Assembly: GCA_001599295.1 (NCBI GenBank)
Contig: BCGN01000002.1
Span: 806,001-870,000, forward strand
Source of the DNA: Sporopachydermia quercuum
Taxonomy: Eukaryota
Direction of reading: 5' to 3'
Length of the DNA: 64,000 nucleotides
In this document: positions 35,076 to 47,732 of the stretch, in pieces
Layout of the letters: each line of letters starts with the position of its first letter
Position numbering within the stretch: position 1 is the stretch's first letter
Program-made: the position numbers and the translations under genes
The notes under the pieces: model-generated
Told to the model about the DNA's origin: nothing
What the model saw: the letters and a program-made list of their open reading frames with translations, nothing else
The model's database searches: none

Positions 35076-36935
35076 TCACAGTCTTCCTTCAGTCCCCTCA
35101 TCATCAATTACAAAATCAAACCACGGATGCTTCAGAGCATCTTTTGCTGTGATTCTTTGTTCAGGTTCCCAAACTAGTAAACTCTTAACTAGGTCGAAAA
35201 ATCTCACCCAAAAAANNGCTTCATTTTGATCCGACAATGTCTTCATTTTATCAGCACACGTTTGGTCCAAACTTTTGAGACCAGCTACAAATCGCCTGGA
35301 CTTTTTTGTTGTTGTATCATTTGGATAATTCAGCCCCCGTGCAGTGAAATACTGTTCAGAACTCAAATGACGTGAACAAACCTGTTCTAACATTCTAACA
35401 GGTACAGGTGAATCCAAAATCACTTTCATCATAGCAAGATGTTCTAAGTTATCGTGAGTCTGGAATAAAGCATCTCCCGAAAACAATTCCATTAATATAC
35501 ACCCGATAGACCACATATCACAAGGATAGGACCAGCCTGTACCCAAGACAATTTCAGGGGCCCTGTAGTGTCGTGTCGACACTATAGCAGAGTGGTACTC
35601 ATCATTGAAGATAGCCGAACCAAAATCGATCAAATAAATCTGAGAATTTTTCAAAATTTGTCTAGGCTTCTGTTTTAGTGTTTTAAATGGATGAGTTGTG
35701 GCCTCAGAGCTTTGTAGTAAGATATTTTCGGGCTTCAGATCTGTATGAATCAAGCTCAAATCATGAAGATATGCTACTGATCTCAATAATTGTTTCGCCA
35801 TTGATTGAATATGAGAGCCCGGAAACGGGTTAAAATGATTCTGCTTCAGGAAATCAAATACGCTAATATCAAGAAGATCTGTCACTATGCAGATATGATT
35901 GCAAAAATCAAAACAGTCTCTGATATGGATACATTTGTTTACATTGTATTTATCATATTGAGCAATTGTAGATAGGACTCTGACTTCAATCTTTGAGGCA
36001 TCTCTGTATTTAGGGATTGATCGAATGATTTTGATGGCAACAGTTTTCTTATCATGTTTGTCGTAAGCAGATACAACTTTACCAAAAGTGCCTTGACCTA
36101 ATAAATTTTTGATCAAGTATCTATCTGTGAATCGTGCATTTTTATCCAATAAGCTATAATGGCCATCTTTGTCATCACAAACAGTTTCATCGCCAAGATG
36201 AGATATCACGGGGATAGGTAGTTGCATCGGTTTTCTCACCTGCCGCCTCACTGGCTTATAATCAAAACAAGATTCGGGTAAAAATCGTTTCTTCTTAGAA
36301 TTCTTTAATGGCCTTCCTCTTTTAAGTCGCTTTGGGGCCAATTCAAGAGCGTTTAAAGTATCAGATGATAAAACATCAGATACAGGGGAAGATAATATAA
36401 CCGAATTAACAGATGAAGGTGCTGATGCTGATGAGACAAAAGATCCTGACGATGACATCTTCCGTTTCCTAGTCATATAATTCTGAGTTGATGATCCATT
36501 GAACTGAGGCAGAAGGTCAACCGAGGTCATAGGCTGCATTGTATAGTTCTCCTCCGATACCTGATGAGAAGGTGGTGTAGCTGAATCGATAATAATAACT
36601 TCATTGTTATTTGGTATGATAAATGAGTTGGGGTTGCTGTTATGATGATGATGGTGGTTGGCTCCCAAAATATTATTATGAATCATTCCTAATTGGTCCG
36701 TTAGAGTGGTATCAGCAGGAGCAAAATGTGTAGCTGGCATTGTAACAGGATCATAATAGTTAGAAGACGAATTCGATAAAGGTGCTGATACACTTGGTCT
36801 ACTGTGTGGGAAGTCCAAAGATACTGATGAATGTGCAGTATCTATTGCGGGACTTAAGAGCTGTGGTGATAAAGGAAAAGGAACAGCTGGCGTCCTTATA
36901 GAATCTAGTACTGTTCCAGAGAAAGGCATATCCAT
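35076..36935 (-). CDS. KNS1: LAMMER dual-specificity protein kinase
   Basis: DDKDGHY, LGQGTFGKV, IHTDLKPENIL, IDFGSA, STRHYRAPE and HDNLEHLAMM. The start is set at the first ATG (36935); the ORF track starts at an upstream TTG (36980). Confidence 0.92.
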   Translation of the reverse strand: MDMPFSGTVLDSIRTPAVPFPLSPQLLSPAIDTAHSSVSLDFPHSRPSVSAPLSNSSSNYYDPVTMPATHFAPADTTLTDQLGMIHNNILGANHHHHHNSNPNSFIIPNNNEVIIIDSATPPSHQVSEENYTMQPMTSVDLLPQFNGSSTQNYMTRKRKMSSSGSFVSSASAPSSVNSVILSSPVSDVLSSDTLNALELAPKRLKRGRPLKNSKKKRFLPESCFDYKPVRRQVRKPMQLPIPVISHLGDETVCDDKDGHYSLLDKNARFTDRYLIKNLLGQGTFGKVVSAYDKHDKKTVAIKIIRSIPKYRDASKIEVRVLSTIAQYDKYNVNKCIHIRDCFDFCNHICIVTDLLDISVFDFLKQNHFNPFPGSHIQSMAKQLLRSVAYLHDLSLIHTDLKPENILLQSSEATTHPFKTLKQKPRQILKNSQIYLIDFGSAIFNDEYHSAIVSTRHYRAPEIVLGTGWSYPCDMWSIGCILMELFSGDALFQTHDNLEHLAMMKVILDSPVPVRMLEQVCSRHLSSEQYFTARGLNYPNDTTTKKSRRFVAGLKSLDQTCADKMKTLSDQNEXXFWVRFFDLVKSLLVWEPEQRITAKDALKHPWFDFVIDDEGTEGRL

Positions 36936-39900
36936 GAGTTTGTTGGTACGAATCTTGAAATCAATATAGTAGCAAAGCAACGGACACTAAACTCGCCAAA
37001 GGCAGGGGCACTCCCAATATAGTTGAACCTTTGAGAATGTGATATTTTAATAAACTAACCACAGTACTGAGTAAATCCTTCCGTTTCTCGATCAGTCCTA
37101 TTTTCAGTAAACAGTTAAATCCTCCCTTAATTTATAATGTCTCTTCAATATAAACAAGCGAGGTAACTTCTTTCTTCACAGCTTGTTTGACTATACTTAT
37201 GGGTAGCCCTTATCTTGATAACATCTATCCTATCTTGTATTTCGATATCGTTTATTCTCCAATTTAAACCGTAAATTCCTATTTCTTTGCCCTACAATCA
37301 TACATTGTTCACTTCATTATCAACGGGCTTTAAAACAATCGGTGTTCCTGACAAGGTGAATGGAATCGCAATGTTCTGACAGGACTTCTTATTTATCAAA
37401 TATCTTGGTATTCATTCATTCAGTTTTTTGTGAAATGTCTATTTTGATAAACCTAACTAAAGTTTAAGTTTATTACGTACATGGTTAGCATCAAAAGAAT
37501 ATACGGACCAGAAGTGGGGAGAATCGGGGGGCACTCTGAAGATATATTAAGGTAGCTGTATGTCCATACATGGTAGACTTTCATAAAAATCTAGAATAGA
37601 TATGGCGGAATTGTTTGATTCCAAAAGGACAAATCATCAGACATTTATTCGATGCTTTTTCGGAATTCATCAGTCAAAAAAAATAATAATTTTCTATAAT
37701 ATTGTTTTTCAAATCTAATCATTTTACGTAAACGAAATTCCTGTAGTTGTTCTTAACCTACGGGTTACTACTATCTGCTTCTTCTTCGACCACATCACTT
37801 CTCATCTAACAACCATACACTAAATTAAGCTTTTTGAAAGATGTGTTTTTTAAGGAGCACATCCATACTGCGTATGATTAAAGTTTATCATAAATTTGAT
37901 CTATTCATATTGCATGGCAATGATGACACAACACTAAATAAGAGGGTCTGAAGCCATTCAACAGTAATGCGTGCGCTCTGTTTACCAAAGGGAAAGGAGA
38001 ACCACGATTCCATAAGCACAACTTGGATGGCTGCTGCCATTGGCTCCCTATAACAGATAATAGGGAGCCAATAGCAGATAATATCGCTCAGTCCCTCCAA
38101 AAGCTTCACGGATGAAAAGGTTTTGGAGTAAGGAAGTAGAAAGAATATGTATTAGTTCGGGAATGACAATATTATCATCTAGAAGAGAGGATGGAAAACA
38201 AGGAAATAAGGAATTAAGGAAAAAAAAATAGGGTGGAACAGCATGCAAAACAAATAGATTTTAGGTTCCAATTCTATCAATTCACTGCAATATTAACATC
38301 GTGTATTATTTAAATTACTCATTGCTTGACCAAAAGTACATCATTTGGTTTAAGCTTTTGAAGTTTGAAATTAGTAGGACCTCATCTCATTATCATTGCT
38401 TTGAATTAGAACTTAACTTCCCATTGGTGGCTGCTAATGCCTTTTCATATTGATGGAAATAGTGTAAGAAACTGATACGTTAGAATGCCATATGATATTA
38501 GTAATCGCGCACAAAATTGGATTGTAGTTGCTAAAATTTGGGTTGAGATGAGGCAGAGAACTATTTTTCTTCTTTTTTTTGAAACAATGTGGAAATTTGA
38601 ATATCTTGGTATGTCTTGAGGCTCTTGTTCATCCAGTTACTCCCGTTAATGAGAAAGAATTCAATAATTCAATGGGCAGTATGAAGGTTGGGGACGAAAC
38701 AATCCCCTATCTGAAACAGAAGCTCCTCTGGCTCTGTAGTAAAAACAAGGTCAACAAAGGGATTTGGAAGGCTGTGAGACCTATTAAGTTATTATTTCGG
38801 ATATTATAGTTGATGAATAATAGACCTTATTTTCAGCGCAAACTCATTGAGAATAAATATAGAGAATTAGTCTTGAATTGTACTAGTTTATAAATCAACG
38901 AGATAACAGTATACAATTTATTCGCCTTAGATTTATATATTAATTGATGATGCGTAGTTAGACCTTATCAAATACTCACCTGAAAAATCTGCCTGACAAA
39001 GAATTTTCATAAAATGACAGAATTCAATAGATTTAAATTCTTAGTATTATCTTTACAGGTATAATAACTACAGATCCAAAAAGGTTTCCTATATAATTGT
39101 TCTTCATTTTTATTATCTACCTTTCATTCCACAAAATGCAACTTTCTACCTCAGATTTTCAGTCTACGTTGTCGCCTCATTGCCGTTTCACCATTTGCCA
39201 CCTTGCTTGACCTCAACTGCTAATGACTAAGGACAATTACCCACCTATTTATCCCCATCAGTTTATTCTCCATTATCTGGACAAAACATATGAAGGTAGG
39301 TAACCATAAGGTGGAACATGAAAACTTCAATCCTTTATATCTAAGGCCTGTTAAACCTGATTAGGAAATTGACTGATTAGATCAACAGTTATTCTAGACT
39401 TTCCGTTTACAGCTATACTTCTTATTGAATGTTTAGATTTGTATCTGATATCTATATATATGTCTCCAAATATCTTTTCTAATCTACTGGTACCTTCTGA
39501 TTAATATAATATCAAACTGATTATAATCTTCCGAAAGAAATCGAATAATAGCTTCAATCGTAGTTCTATTACGAATTGACATGTACGAATCAATTGGTTT
39601 GATCGACACATTCTCAACATTGTTATCAGCATTATGTAGCATCATCATCAATGCAAATCCTTACATTCTATTACTTATCAGTATCTATTTTCTTATCTTT
39701 TCTTACAAGTAGTCAGTCAATGGATCTTTGTATACTGGAAACAAAACTTAATTTGACAGATAACAGTTTGCAACTTTGAATTTCGTATCATTTAATTTTT
39801 TTTTAATCGCCCACTGCATATTCTTTCCCCACACAATTGGAGCATAGAAACTTGTTTGTTGATTGATGATTTAGTGTTACATACATCCATGATGTTTTAC

Positions 39901-40027
39901 TGGAAAAAAATGAATGAGTTATGATTAACTCGTCGTTTATGCTTTCATATAATAATTGCTAATAGCTCATTTTGCTCTAAAGACAAACAAAATATACTCC
40001 CATGAATTAGTTTGGTTATACAGCTAG

Positions 40028-41713
40028 ATGATCGGATTGCATAATTCAGCGTTAGGACAGCAGCATTTGTCATCAGATCTAAGACAAGTAGGTAATAGTA
40101 GTATCTTGAATAATTATAGTCGTTTAGGATCAGATAGGTTTATTCCTAAATCATTATCCGCTGACGTGTATCATACTGAATTGTCTGATAATAAAGACGG
40201 ATTAACACTTCTATCTCAAATCATCGGTGAACCGCAACCGAAGGTCTTATCATTTGGAACTAAGCATAATGATAAATCATCTGCCGAAGAAGAAATTTAT
40301 AAAAAAAGAAGACTGAAAAAACCTTTGAATGTAAACGACTCAAAAAAATTGATTGATTCTTCATTGAATGCTTACAGAACGTTGGAAGCGGCAAACCTCA
40401 GAAATGATTTCTACTCGTCTGTGTTATCATGGTCAGGAAGATCGGGTCGTTTAGCTGTAGGTCTGGGATCTGATGTTTACATTTGGTCACATCGTACAGG
40501 ATCACTAGTTTTGCCAGTTGAAAGACGAGCAGATCCGGTAACGTGTTTATCATTTTCCAGTAGTGATTTTCTTCTAGTTGCTAGACAAAGTGGTCATATT
40601 TCGTTGTACAAGATTTTAGTACCTAGCAAATGGAAAAATGAACGTATTAATGAGGGTGCATTACTACTTGCCGAATACACAGGAAATAAACAGTTTGTTT
40701 GTTCTTCAATATGGCTAAATAAATCTGCAGGCTGCAAATTTATTCTGGGAACAGATTCGGGTAAAGTTTTCATGTTGTCACTAGCACCGGGGGAAACAAA
40801 GCTAAAAAAGATAATGGGTATTTCAGCAAATGATCAACAAATATGTGGTATTGTATTACTATTGAAAGAATCTTGTGTTATTCAATGTAATATTGCAGAT
40901 ATTCTGTTTATTTTCTTTGTCTCAATCTTCTTTATTGATAACTGAAGCTTCGCTACTAACATCTTTCATTATGCACTCGTTATAGGATTAGCTGTTAACC
41001 CTGAAGAAACAGAGTTAGCAATTGGAAGTAACAGCAATACATGTGTGCTTTGGGACATCAAGGACCATAATAATCCTATTTTTCATGTTAATCTTCCCCA
41101 TAATGCAGCTGTAAAAGCTTTGGCTTATTGTCCCTGGTCATCGTCATTACTCGTTACTGGAGGAGGAAGCAAAGACAGAACATTGAGGTAACACAAAACT
41201 TTTTCCTCTTAGGCTCATGATTTTACGTTTGTATTTGTTTTCTAACATGGGATTTCGACTAGATTCTGGCATTCAAAAACAGGTACTTTGTTGTATACAA
41301 GAAATACAAAATGTCAGATAACAGGTTTAATTTGGTCAAGAACATCTCGACAATTAGTTGCAATGTTTGGGTTTGGTGCAGCATGCGGCTTCAATAATAA
41401 GGAACAACTCCTATTGGCAACTTACTCTTATCCCAATGTTAAAATGTTAAACAAAGCATATGGTCCACTTAATACAAGAGTATTAGCAGCAGTGCTATCA
41501 CCAGATTGCTCTTCAGTTTGTGTAGCTTGCACAGATGAAACTGTCAAGTTCTTCAAGTTGTGGGAAACATGTGGTGATTATATCCTGGATCGAGATGATA
41601 AACAACCAATGGACAAATTGNTTTTACAAGGTTCTTGTTCAGGGATTCTCAACAGCGATTTATTAGAATTTAGTGAAGGAATCATGAAAACGGGTGATAA
41701 CACGATAAGATGA
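40028..41713 (+). CDS. AMA1: Meiosis-specific APC/C activator Ama1 (Cdc20 family, WD40); 3 exons (40028-40847, 40986-41187, 41263-41713)
   Basis: C-box DRFIP, LRNDFYS and QQICG. Splicing restores LPHNAAVKALAYCPWS..LLVTGGGSKDRTLRFWH, FGFG, YSYP and DETVKF, with a C-terminal IR tail. Introns are 40848-40985 and 41188-41262. Confidence 0.88.
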
Positions 41714-42076
41714 ATCGATATAGAGTGCTCAGAATCCAACATGAATGGCTTCAAAATTTGTGATAGCTTAATTGTTGTCGTCTGACACTGTATTATACTC
41801 TCATACTAAACCAAACGATAAGAAAATATAAAATAGCAAAAACTATGAATGAATGGAACTGAAAAAGAATAAAACTGAAAATAAAAATAAAAATAAGAAT
41901 AAAAATGGAAAATTAAAGATGGAAAATACATACGAAAAGTAAAAGAAAAAGAATAATCAAATTTTTATTTTACTGATTATTGAACCTATTTGAACCGAAA
42001 ATACGAAAATGCCATATGAAACCTAATACCCTGTAGAAAAAATGCTGTGACGAGATGTTTGAGGCCCTTACTTCAG

Positions 42077-43702
42077 CTATGCTGGAACACTCTTATATTC
42101 GTTCACCTGAAACTTATTAACTAGTTTTTTCCATCGTTTCCTATTAGATTGTATAGGAACTTTTGTGAAATTCAAAGAAAAAACCACTATGGTCCTGTTA
42201 GTAAGTAATTTGAAATCTGAAATCTGAATCTGAAATCTGGTAGATGCAATCTGAATATCTATCATGTATCATAGGCAAATGTGAACTTACACAGTACAAG
42301 AAAAAAGGAAAATATGCTAGCTACACTAAGCATGGTAATGAAGTCTCTATATGATGTTGTTTTGTCATAAGGACAACCAGCATTTGGTCCACCTGTAACC
42401 CAACAATTCTATGCAGTCCTGGTTAGTATACCTGTCACCATTAAAATCATTATCAACAAATTTATCATTAATACTCACTTGTACGGAGATGCAATTAAAA
42501 TTAATCCAAACAGGTTGATCTGTGTTCTGTAGATCTTGTAGCTCTAGAATTAAAGCAGTATTTTGTAATGGTGATCGAGGAAGGGAGAAAAATGTATTTG
42601 GAGGACATTTGTCTTCTGCCTCAAAATAGTTTGAGGTCACGTTAGAAATTACCCATTGATATGGGCTATTTTCAGACATACAAGCNACATAATAATCACT
42701 ATAGCAATTTTCAACTACCCAACCCGCACTTTTCATTGCTGCACAATCCATGGCTACTTGTTCTGCAGGTTTTGATGGTTGAGTTTTAGAATTAGGCTGC
42801 CCAAATTGCCAAGACCATAAAGCATGACTGGCATAATAGGAAACGTTATTCAGAGACTGTGAACTATTCAAAATGGGAGTGGCTCCACATAACATAAGAG
42901 CTCTCAATTCCTCAACGGAAAACGGGTCCTTATCACTATCAAATAAAAATCGTAGCATACCAGCAGTATATTCAAGAGAAAATCTAAAATCAGTTAAATT
43001 TGACGCTTTGAAGCATAAATCCATACGATCAGAAGTAATAACCTCATCCGAATTAGGTGTATTGATGAATGCTACATCACTGTTGAAATCTGATGTATTA
43101 TTCTCTGGAGCGAAGCCCGAAATATCAATAGTTATCAATAGCCGTTTCCTCATATCAAATATAGTGTTGTATAATGTAGGGTATCCAATAGGGTCAACGT
43201 TTCCTAGCCAATTCCAAGTTTCATCATTAACACGAGCATCCGACAGTATCTGAGGAGTGAACAGTCTTGTACCAAACATGGCACTGTTCCTTTCTACCAT
43301 ATTTATAGCTTCGTATACTTCACTTCCGTTAGATACAAAAGTCGTTTCGTTGTATTGATATGTATCCCAGTCCGATAGAAGTCGAATATGCGCCTCTATT
43401 ACATTAACTTGTGCCACACTATCAGCTTCTACCATAAATATGTTAATGGTGGAGAATAAGGTCGAAAGAGGTAAAGGACAGTTTACTAATTGTTGTTGCG
43501 CTGAACACGTACTCCATGACTTTTTCTCAAAGTCGTAAAACAAGTCAATAACTAGGACTTGAATTCCTTCTGACATATACTGTCTTATTGCATGTCCATA
43601 TTGTGTTGATATGTGAATTCCTAAATATGATAGTTGCGTCAAAGTGCTATTAAAACTAGCATCCCTTTGGGAGTTCAAACCATTGGTTAAAATCGTACTC
43701 AT
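42077..43702 (-). CDS. MTC6: Mtc6-like single-pass membrane protein; exons 43702-42479, 42408-42291, 42186-42077; 5' end uncertain
   Basis: SQRD, GYPTL, LWSWQFGQP, FSLPRSPLQ and VWINFNCISV. After splicing it continues NCWVTGGPNAGCPY, a TM segment, and VPIQSNRKRWKK...EYKSVPA. No signal peptide is seen, so an upstream exon may be missing. Confidence 0.78.
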
Positions 43703-44569
43703 TGATCTATTACCATTTTCTCCTTTTGGGTGTAAGTATCAAAAAATACAAGCATTAAATAACTTTTTCTACCAAGTTGTCCATATTATATCCGTGACTT
43801 CAGATAATGAAAGATTCTCTCTTCCTTCAAGACTATCGATGGAACTGTTTAGAGATCTTTTGTTTGCCTAAATTCAAGTTATGCATCCACAGAAACCAGA
43901 AAGAAAAAACAGCTTTTCTGTTGCTCCTCCCAATGTTCAAAACGCAATTATCAGTCTGTGAGATACGCTAAAATTGAGATTGGACTTGTTCGTGTTTAAA
44001 ACGATGTCATTCTAATCAACTCGCTAATAGGAAACAGTCAACTGGCAAACATGAGCAAAAAATTACTGAAGGCATAAAGCCAAACTTAAACCCACGCTAA
44101 CAAACTTTATTTCAATACAAGTAAACNCATTATGTCTCATCTTCTATTCTGGTGGGCTTGGACCATTGAATATTGTGCTTCTTTTATAAACGTTCAATGG
44201 TTATTCATATAATAATTAGAATAATAATAATCAGTATATAATGTTGTTATTAGTTTGAGATACATCAGATAATACTCTATTAACTCAATCCAATATATTG
44301 CTTTCTTGTAGTTACATCTCTGCTTTGCATATTACATTGATTTCACATGCCAATTTCTATTTACACACGTGATTTATACTTCGTAACAATGTATCGAGTT
44401 TGTGAAACTTCGGGAAAGTTGATTACCTTCAATGAAAATTCCTAATTCACTTTCTCATTGAATACTAAGTTTTCTGATTACTTGCTCTCGTTGACTCAAA
44501 TATTGGTTTTGAATATTTTAGTCTCGAACCATAATCTGGACTTTGATTGGTTGACTTTTTAGCCAAATC

Positions 44570-46177
44570 ATGGGAGAGGCAGAACCATTAGAGAACATCA
44601 GTCCTAATAGGAGAGGAAATGGAGTTGGTCGATCATTGATTGAACTACCCATTCAATCAATAGAGAAGACCATTTTCTACCCAATCACGTTAGCAATTTT
44701 CTCTAAGATTATAAAATTAACGTTTGAAATAGTGAAGGAACCATATATTGTAAGTTGGTTTGATAAACGGGTGAATTAGCATGACAATCTGCTCACTAAA
44801 TCATAGTGCCTGAGCACTTTGTTGAGGATGTTAACATATTCGCTATTATAGGATGAGTTCTTTCATGTAGGTCAAACCCAAAAGTACTGTCAAGGTATAT
44901 TCAATGAGTGGGACTCTAAAATCACTACACCGCCAGGTTTATATGGAGTGGGATATTTAACAGCGGGGTCAATTGATCTCGTAAAGAATTATTTGCCCGC
45001 GGATACAGGTACAATGTTTGATTACTGTGGACTGAACGCGCTACGAGCTACTAACTTTGCTGGTTTGGTTTTCCTCTATATTTTCCTACTTTATTCAAAG
45101 AACGTGTTTGATGGAAATATTCTTGACAATTCGATAATCACATTTCCACTCCTTTCTTTCTATTATGTGTTGTATTATACTGATGTTTGGTCAACTGTCC
45201 TTATAATTACTGCTTTGATTATTGGAATATCAGATTCTTCAATTACTGGGGCATGGATAAGCGGTTTCATTTGTTTGATTAGCATTACGTTCCGTCAAAC
45301 CAATGCAGTGTGGGGCCTGTTTGTTTACGCGGCTATTATTGATTCAAGAACAAAATCCGAATGGAGAACAACTAAATTGAGCAACATGGCGTATTTGTAC
45401 TTATACTTACGACAATTAATTGTTGATCTTGATATTTCATTACCTTGGATACTGAATACATTACTTTTTGGTGTATGTTTAAAGATTAATGGTGGAATTT
45501 CTTTAGGTGATAAAGAGAATCATGTTGCAGGTATTCACGGTGTACAGATTTTCTACTTCCTATGTTTCACATCTTTTTTTTCATTGCCATTATGGTTATC
45601 AACTAAAACATTTTACTCTTATCTACACTTCACTTTTGGATCCAGCAAACGAGTTGTCAATACTCTGCTAATTTTAGTAATGATTGAATTAGTAATTCAT
45701 TTCTTCACCGTTGTTCATCCATTCTTACTAGCAGATAATCGGCATTATACATTCTATATATTCAGAAAGATCATTAATTTAACACCATACTCCAGGTATC
45801 TTCTGGCACCAGTGTATCATTTTGCAGGTTGGAACTATATTAATTGTTTTATGAAATCGATACCTAATAAAAACAATCAATTGACAACATCCAGAACAAC
45901 ATCACTACCAGTTTTGATTGTACTAATAGTGGCAACTATCTTAACTATTCTTCCTTCGCCTTTATTTGAACCTCGGTATTATATTATTCCTTATTTGATG
46001 TGGAGATTTTATGTTTCTCCGGAATTTTTGATGAAGACTATCGATGGCATTCAACTCAGATTAGTTGCTGAATATGTCTGGTATATGCTAATTAATGTTC
46101 TTGTGACATATATTTTTCTCTATTATGGATTTACTTGGGAGTCTGAGCCAGGAAAAATACAAAGATTCATGTGGTGA
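44570..46177 (+). CDS. ALG10: Alpha-1,2-glucosyltransferase Alg10/Die2; 2 exons (44570-44749, 44852-46177)
   Basis: Splicing of GTAAGT...TGTTAAC...TAG rebuilds EPYI|DEFFH. Downstream motifs are WDSKITTPPGLY, YYTDVWS, FRQTN, LGDKENH, HPFLLADNRHYTFY, PLFEPRYYI and a terminal QRFMW. Confidence 0.93.
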
Positions 46178-46367
46178 GTGGTAAGAATAAGTACGTTCAA
46201 TGTTCCCTTTATCATCAACATATGGTTTGTAATTAACTAACTAATGACTAACTGGAAATATAGACTGATTTAAGAAAAACTGGTATGTCACTTAGAAACA
46301 GTAATAATTAAAGATAGTAACTAAAAACTCTCTCATTCGTTATAAATAGCAAGCAAACTTNTNTAGA

Positions 46368-47732
46368 TTAATCCTTTGTAACTTCTACCTCATCTTTTCC
46401 CTTCTCTCCTTCTTTGGCAGCTGCTCTCAGGTCGTCGTTATCTAATCCATTTGACAAACTTTCAACTTCATCTCTATCGTCAGAATCAGCTACCCCTTCT
46501 GTCGTTTTAGAGTCCTCAATGGGCCTAGTAGTGTTTTCGTCATCTGCCTTTTCATCCCCTTTTTTATTACCCATTTCTGTTGGGACTTTGTCGACATCAA
46601 TTGCTAATCCATTGATTCCTAGATCATTTGTTGACTCCATAACCAGTAGACCGACATTTTTCTTCTCGGGTTCTTTATTTGACCCTGGCTCGTTATGCAC
46701 TTCTGCCAAATCACCAGAGTTCTCTTCAGTTGAGGTCGTCTGCTTAGATTCATCTAGAGGAGTAGATTTGTATTTTGGAATGTTGAAAAAAATTCTAGCT
46801 CTTTTCTTTAAAACACTGAAATAAGATACAGGTAGTAAAATATTTTTATTATTCCTAGCCACAAAACTAACATTTTCTCCATCTGGATCAACTTCAAAAC
46901 TTTGAGAGTTGATATCATCAGCTAGGCGAGCTAAGAATTGAGCCCAGCTTGTAGCAACAACATACTTAACATCTTGATCATGACCAAAGAGTATAACTTG
47001 TCCCCAAATACCTTTGGGTCCTGGAGCCAAATCAATGCCAATATTATTACCACACCAATCTTTTGCCAGTGGAATCCAAGCAGGATGTGCATAAACAGGT
47101 TTGATAGCATCTTGTGGAATAGATTCTTGTTTAGGTAACTGATTCTTAAATTTGCTATTGACATGAGCAGGTTTTGCTGTTTTCCTTGATAGGAATCTAG
47201 AATCACTTCTGTCTCTTTCTAAAGTATCCTCAACAATTCCAAGAGAAATGGCAACCCTATTCCAAACTTCCCATTCCTCTGCTATTGACTCTAAATCTAA
47301 AAAGGTGATACCAAATATAACACCAGTTGGTCTTCCACCTCTTTCTTGACCATCGTGAATCATATATGACGCTTTAACATCTTCCGGTAACTGACAATTC
47401 AAGTCTCTCTCTAATTCTATCAAATCCTGGGCAGTTGCTGGTTCATTTAAATTTTCTCCAAGCTCAGGAAATTTATTTTCCAAAGCTTTATCTATTCTTT
47501 CCCATGAGTTAGAAACAGCTGGTGCTGTTGGGGCACCATTATTTGACATTGGATTCATCTCAACTTCGCCTTCATTGGCAATTGACGATAAGGCTTCATC
47601 ATTAGGGTTTCTATTGCTGTTATTGGGTCTAGAATCGTCTATTTGACTTTCACTGTCATAGGAGGCATAGTGATCTGAAGTTACAACTGACTTGAAGAAA
47701 CTCTTAACTTCGTGTACTAGCTTGTTAACCAT
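46368..47732 (-). CDS. SMI1: Cell-wall assembly regulator Smi1/Knr4
   Basis: TSDHYASYDS, HDGQERGG..GVIFG..FLDLE, QESIP..AI.PVYAHPAWIPL..D..GNNIGIDLAPGPKG.WGQVILFG and an acidic disordered tail. Confidence 0.92.
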   Translation of the reverse strand: MVNKLVHEVKSFFKSVVTSDHYASYDSESQIDDSRPNNSNRNPNDEALSSIANEGEVEMNPMSNNGAPTAPAVSNSWERIDKALENKFPELGENLNEPATAQDLIELERDLNCQLPEDVKASYMIHDGQERGGRPTGVIFGITFLDLESIAEEWEVWNRVAISLGIVEDTLERDRSDSRFLSRKTAKPAHVNSKFKNQLPKQESIPQDAIKPVYAHPAWIPLAKDWCGNNIGIDLAPGPKGIWGQVILFGHDQDVKYVVATSWAQFLARLADDINSQSFEVDPDGENVSFVARNNKNILLPVSYFSVLKKRARIFFNIPKYKSTPLDESKQTTSTEENSGDLAEVHNEPGSNKEPEKKNVGLLVMESTNDLGINGLAIDVDKVPTEMGNKKGDEKADDENTTRPIEDSKTTEGVADSDDRDEVESLSNGLDNDDLRAAAKEGEKGKDEVEVTKD

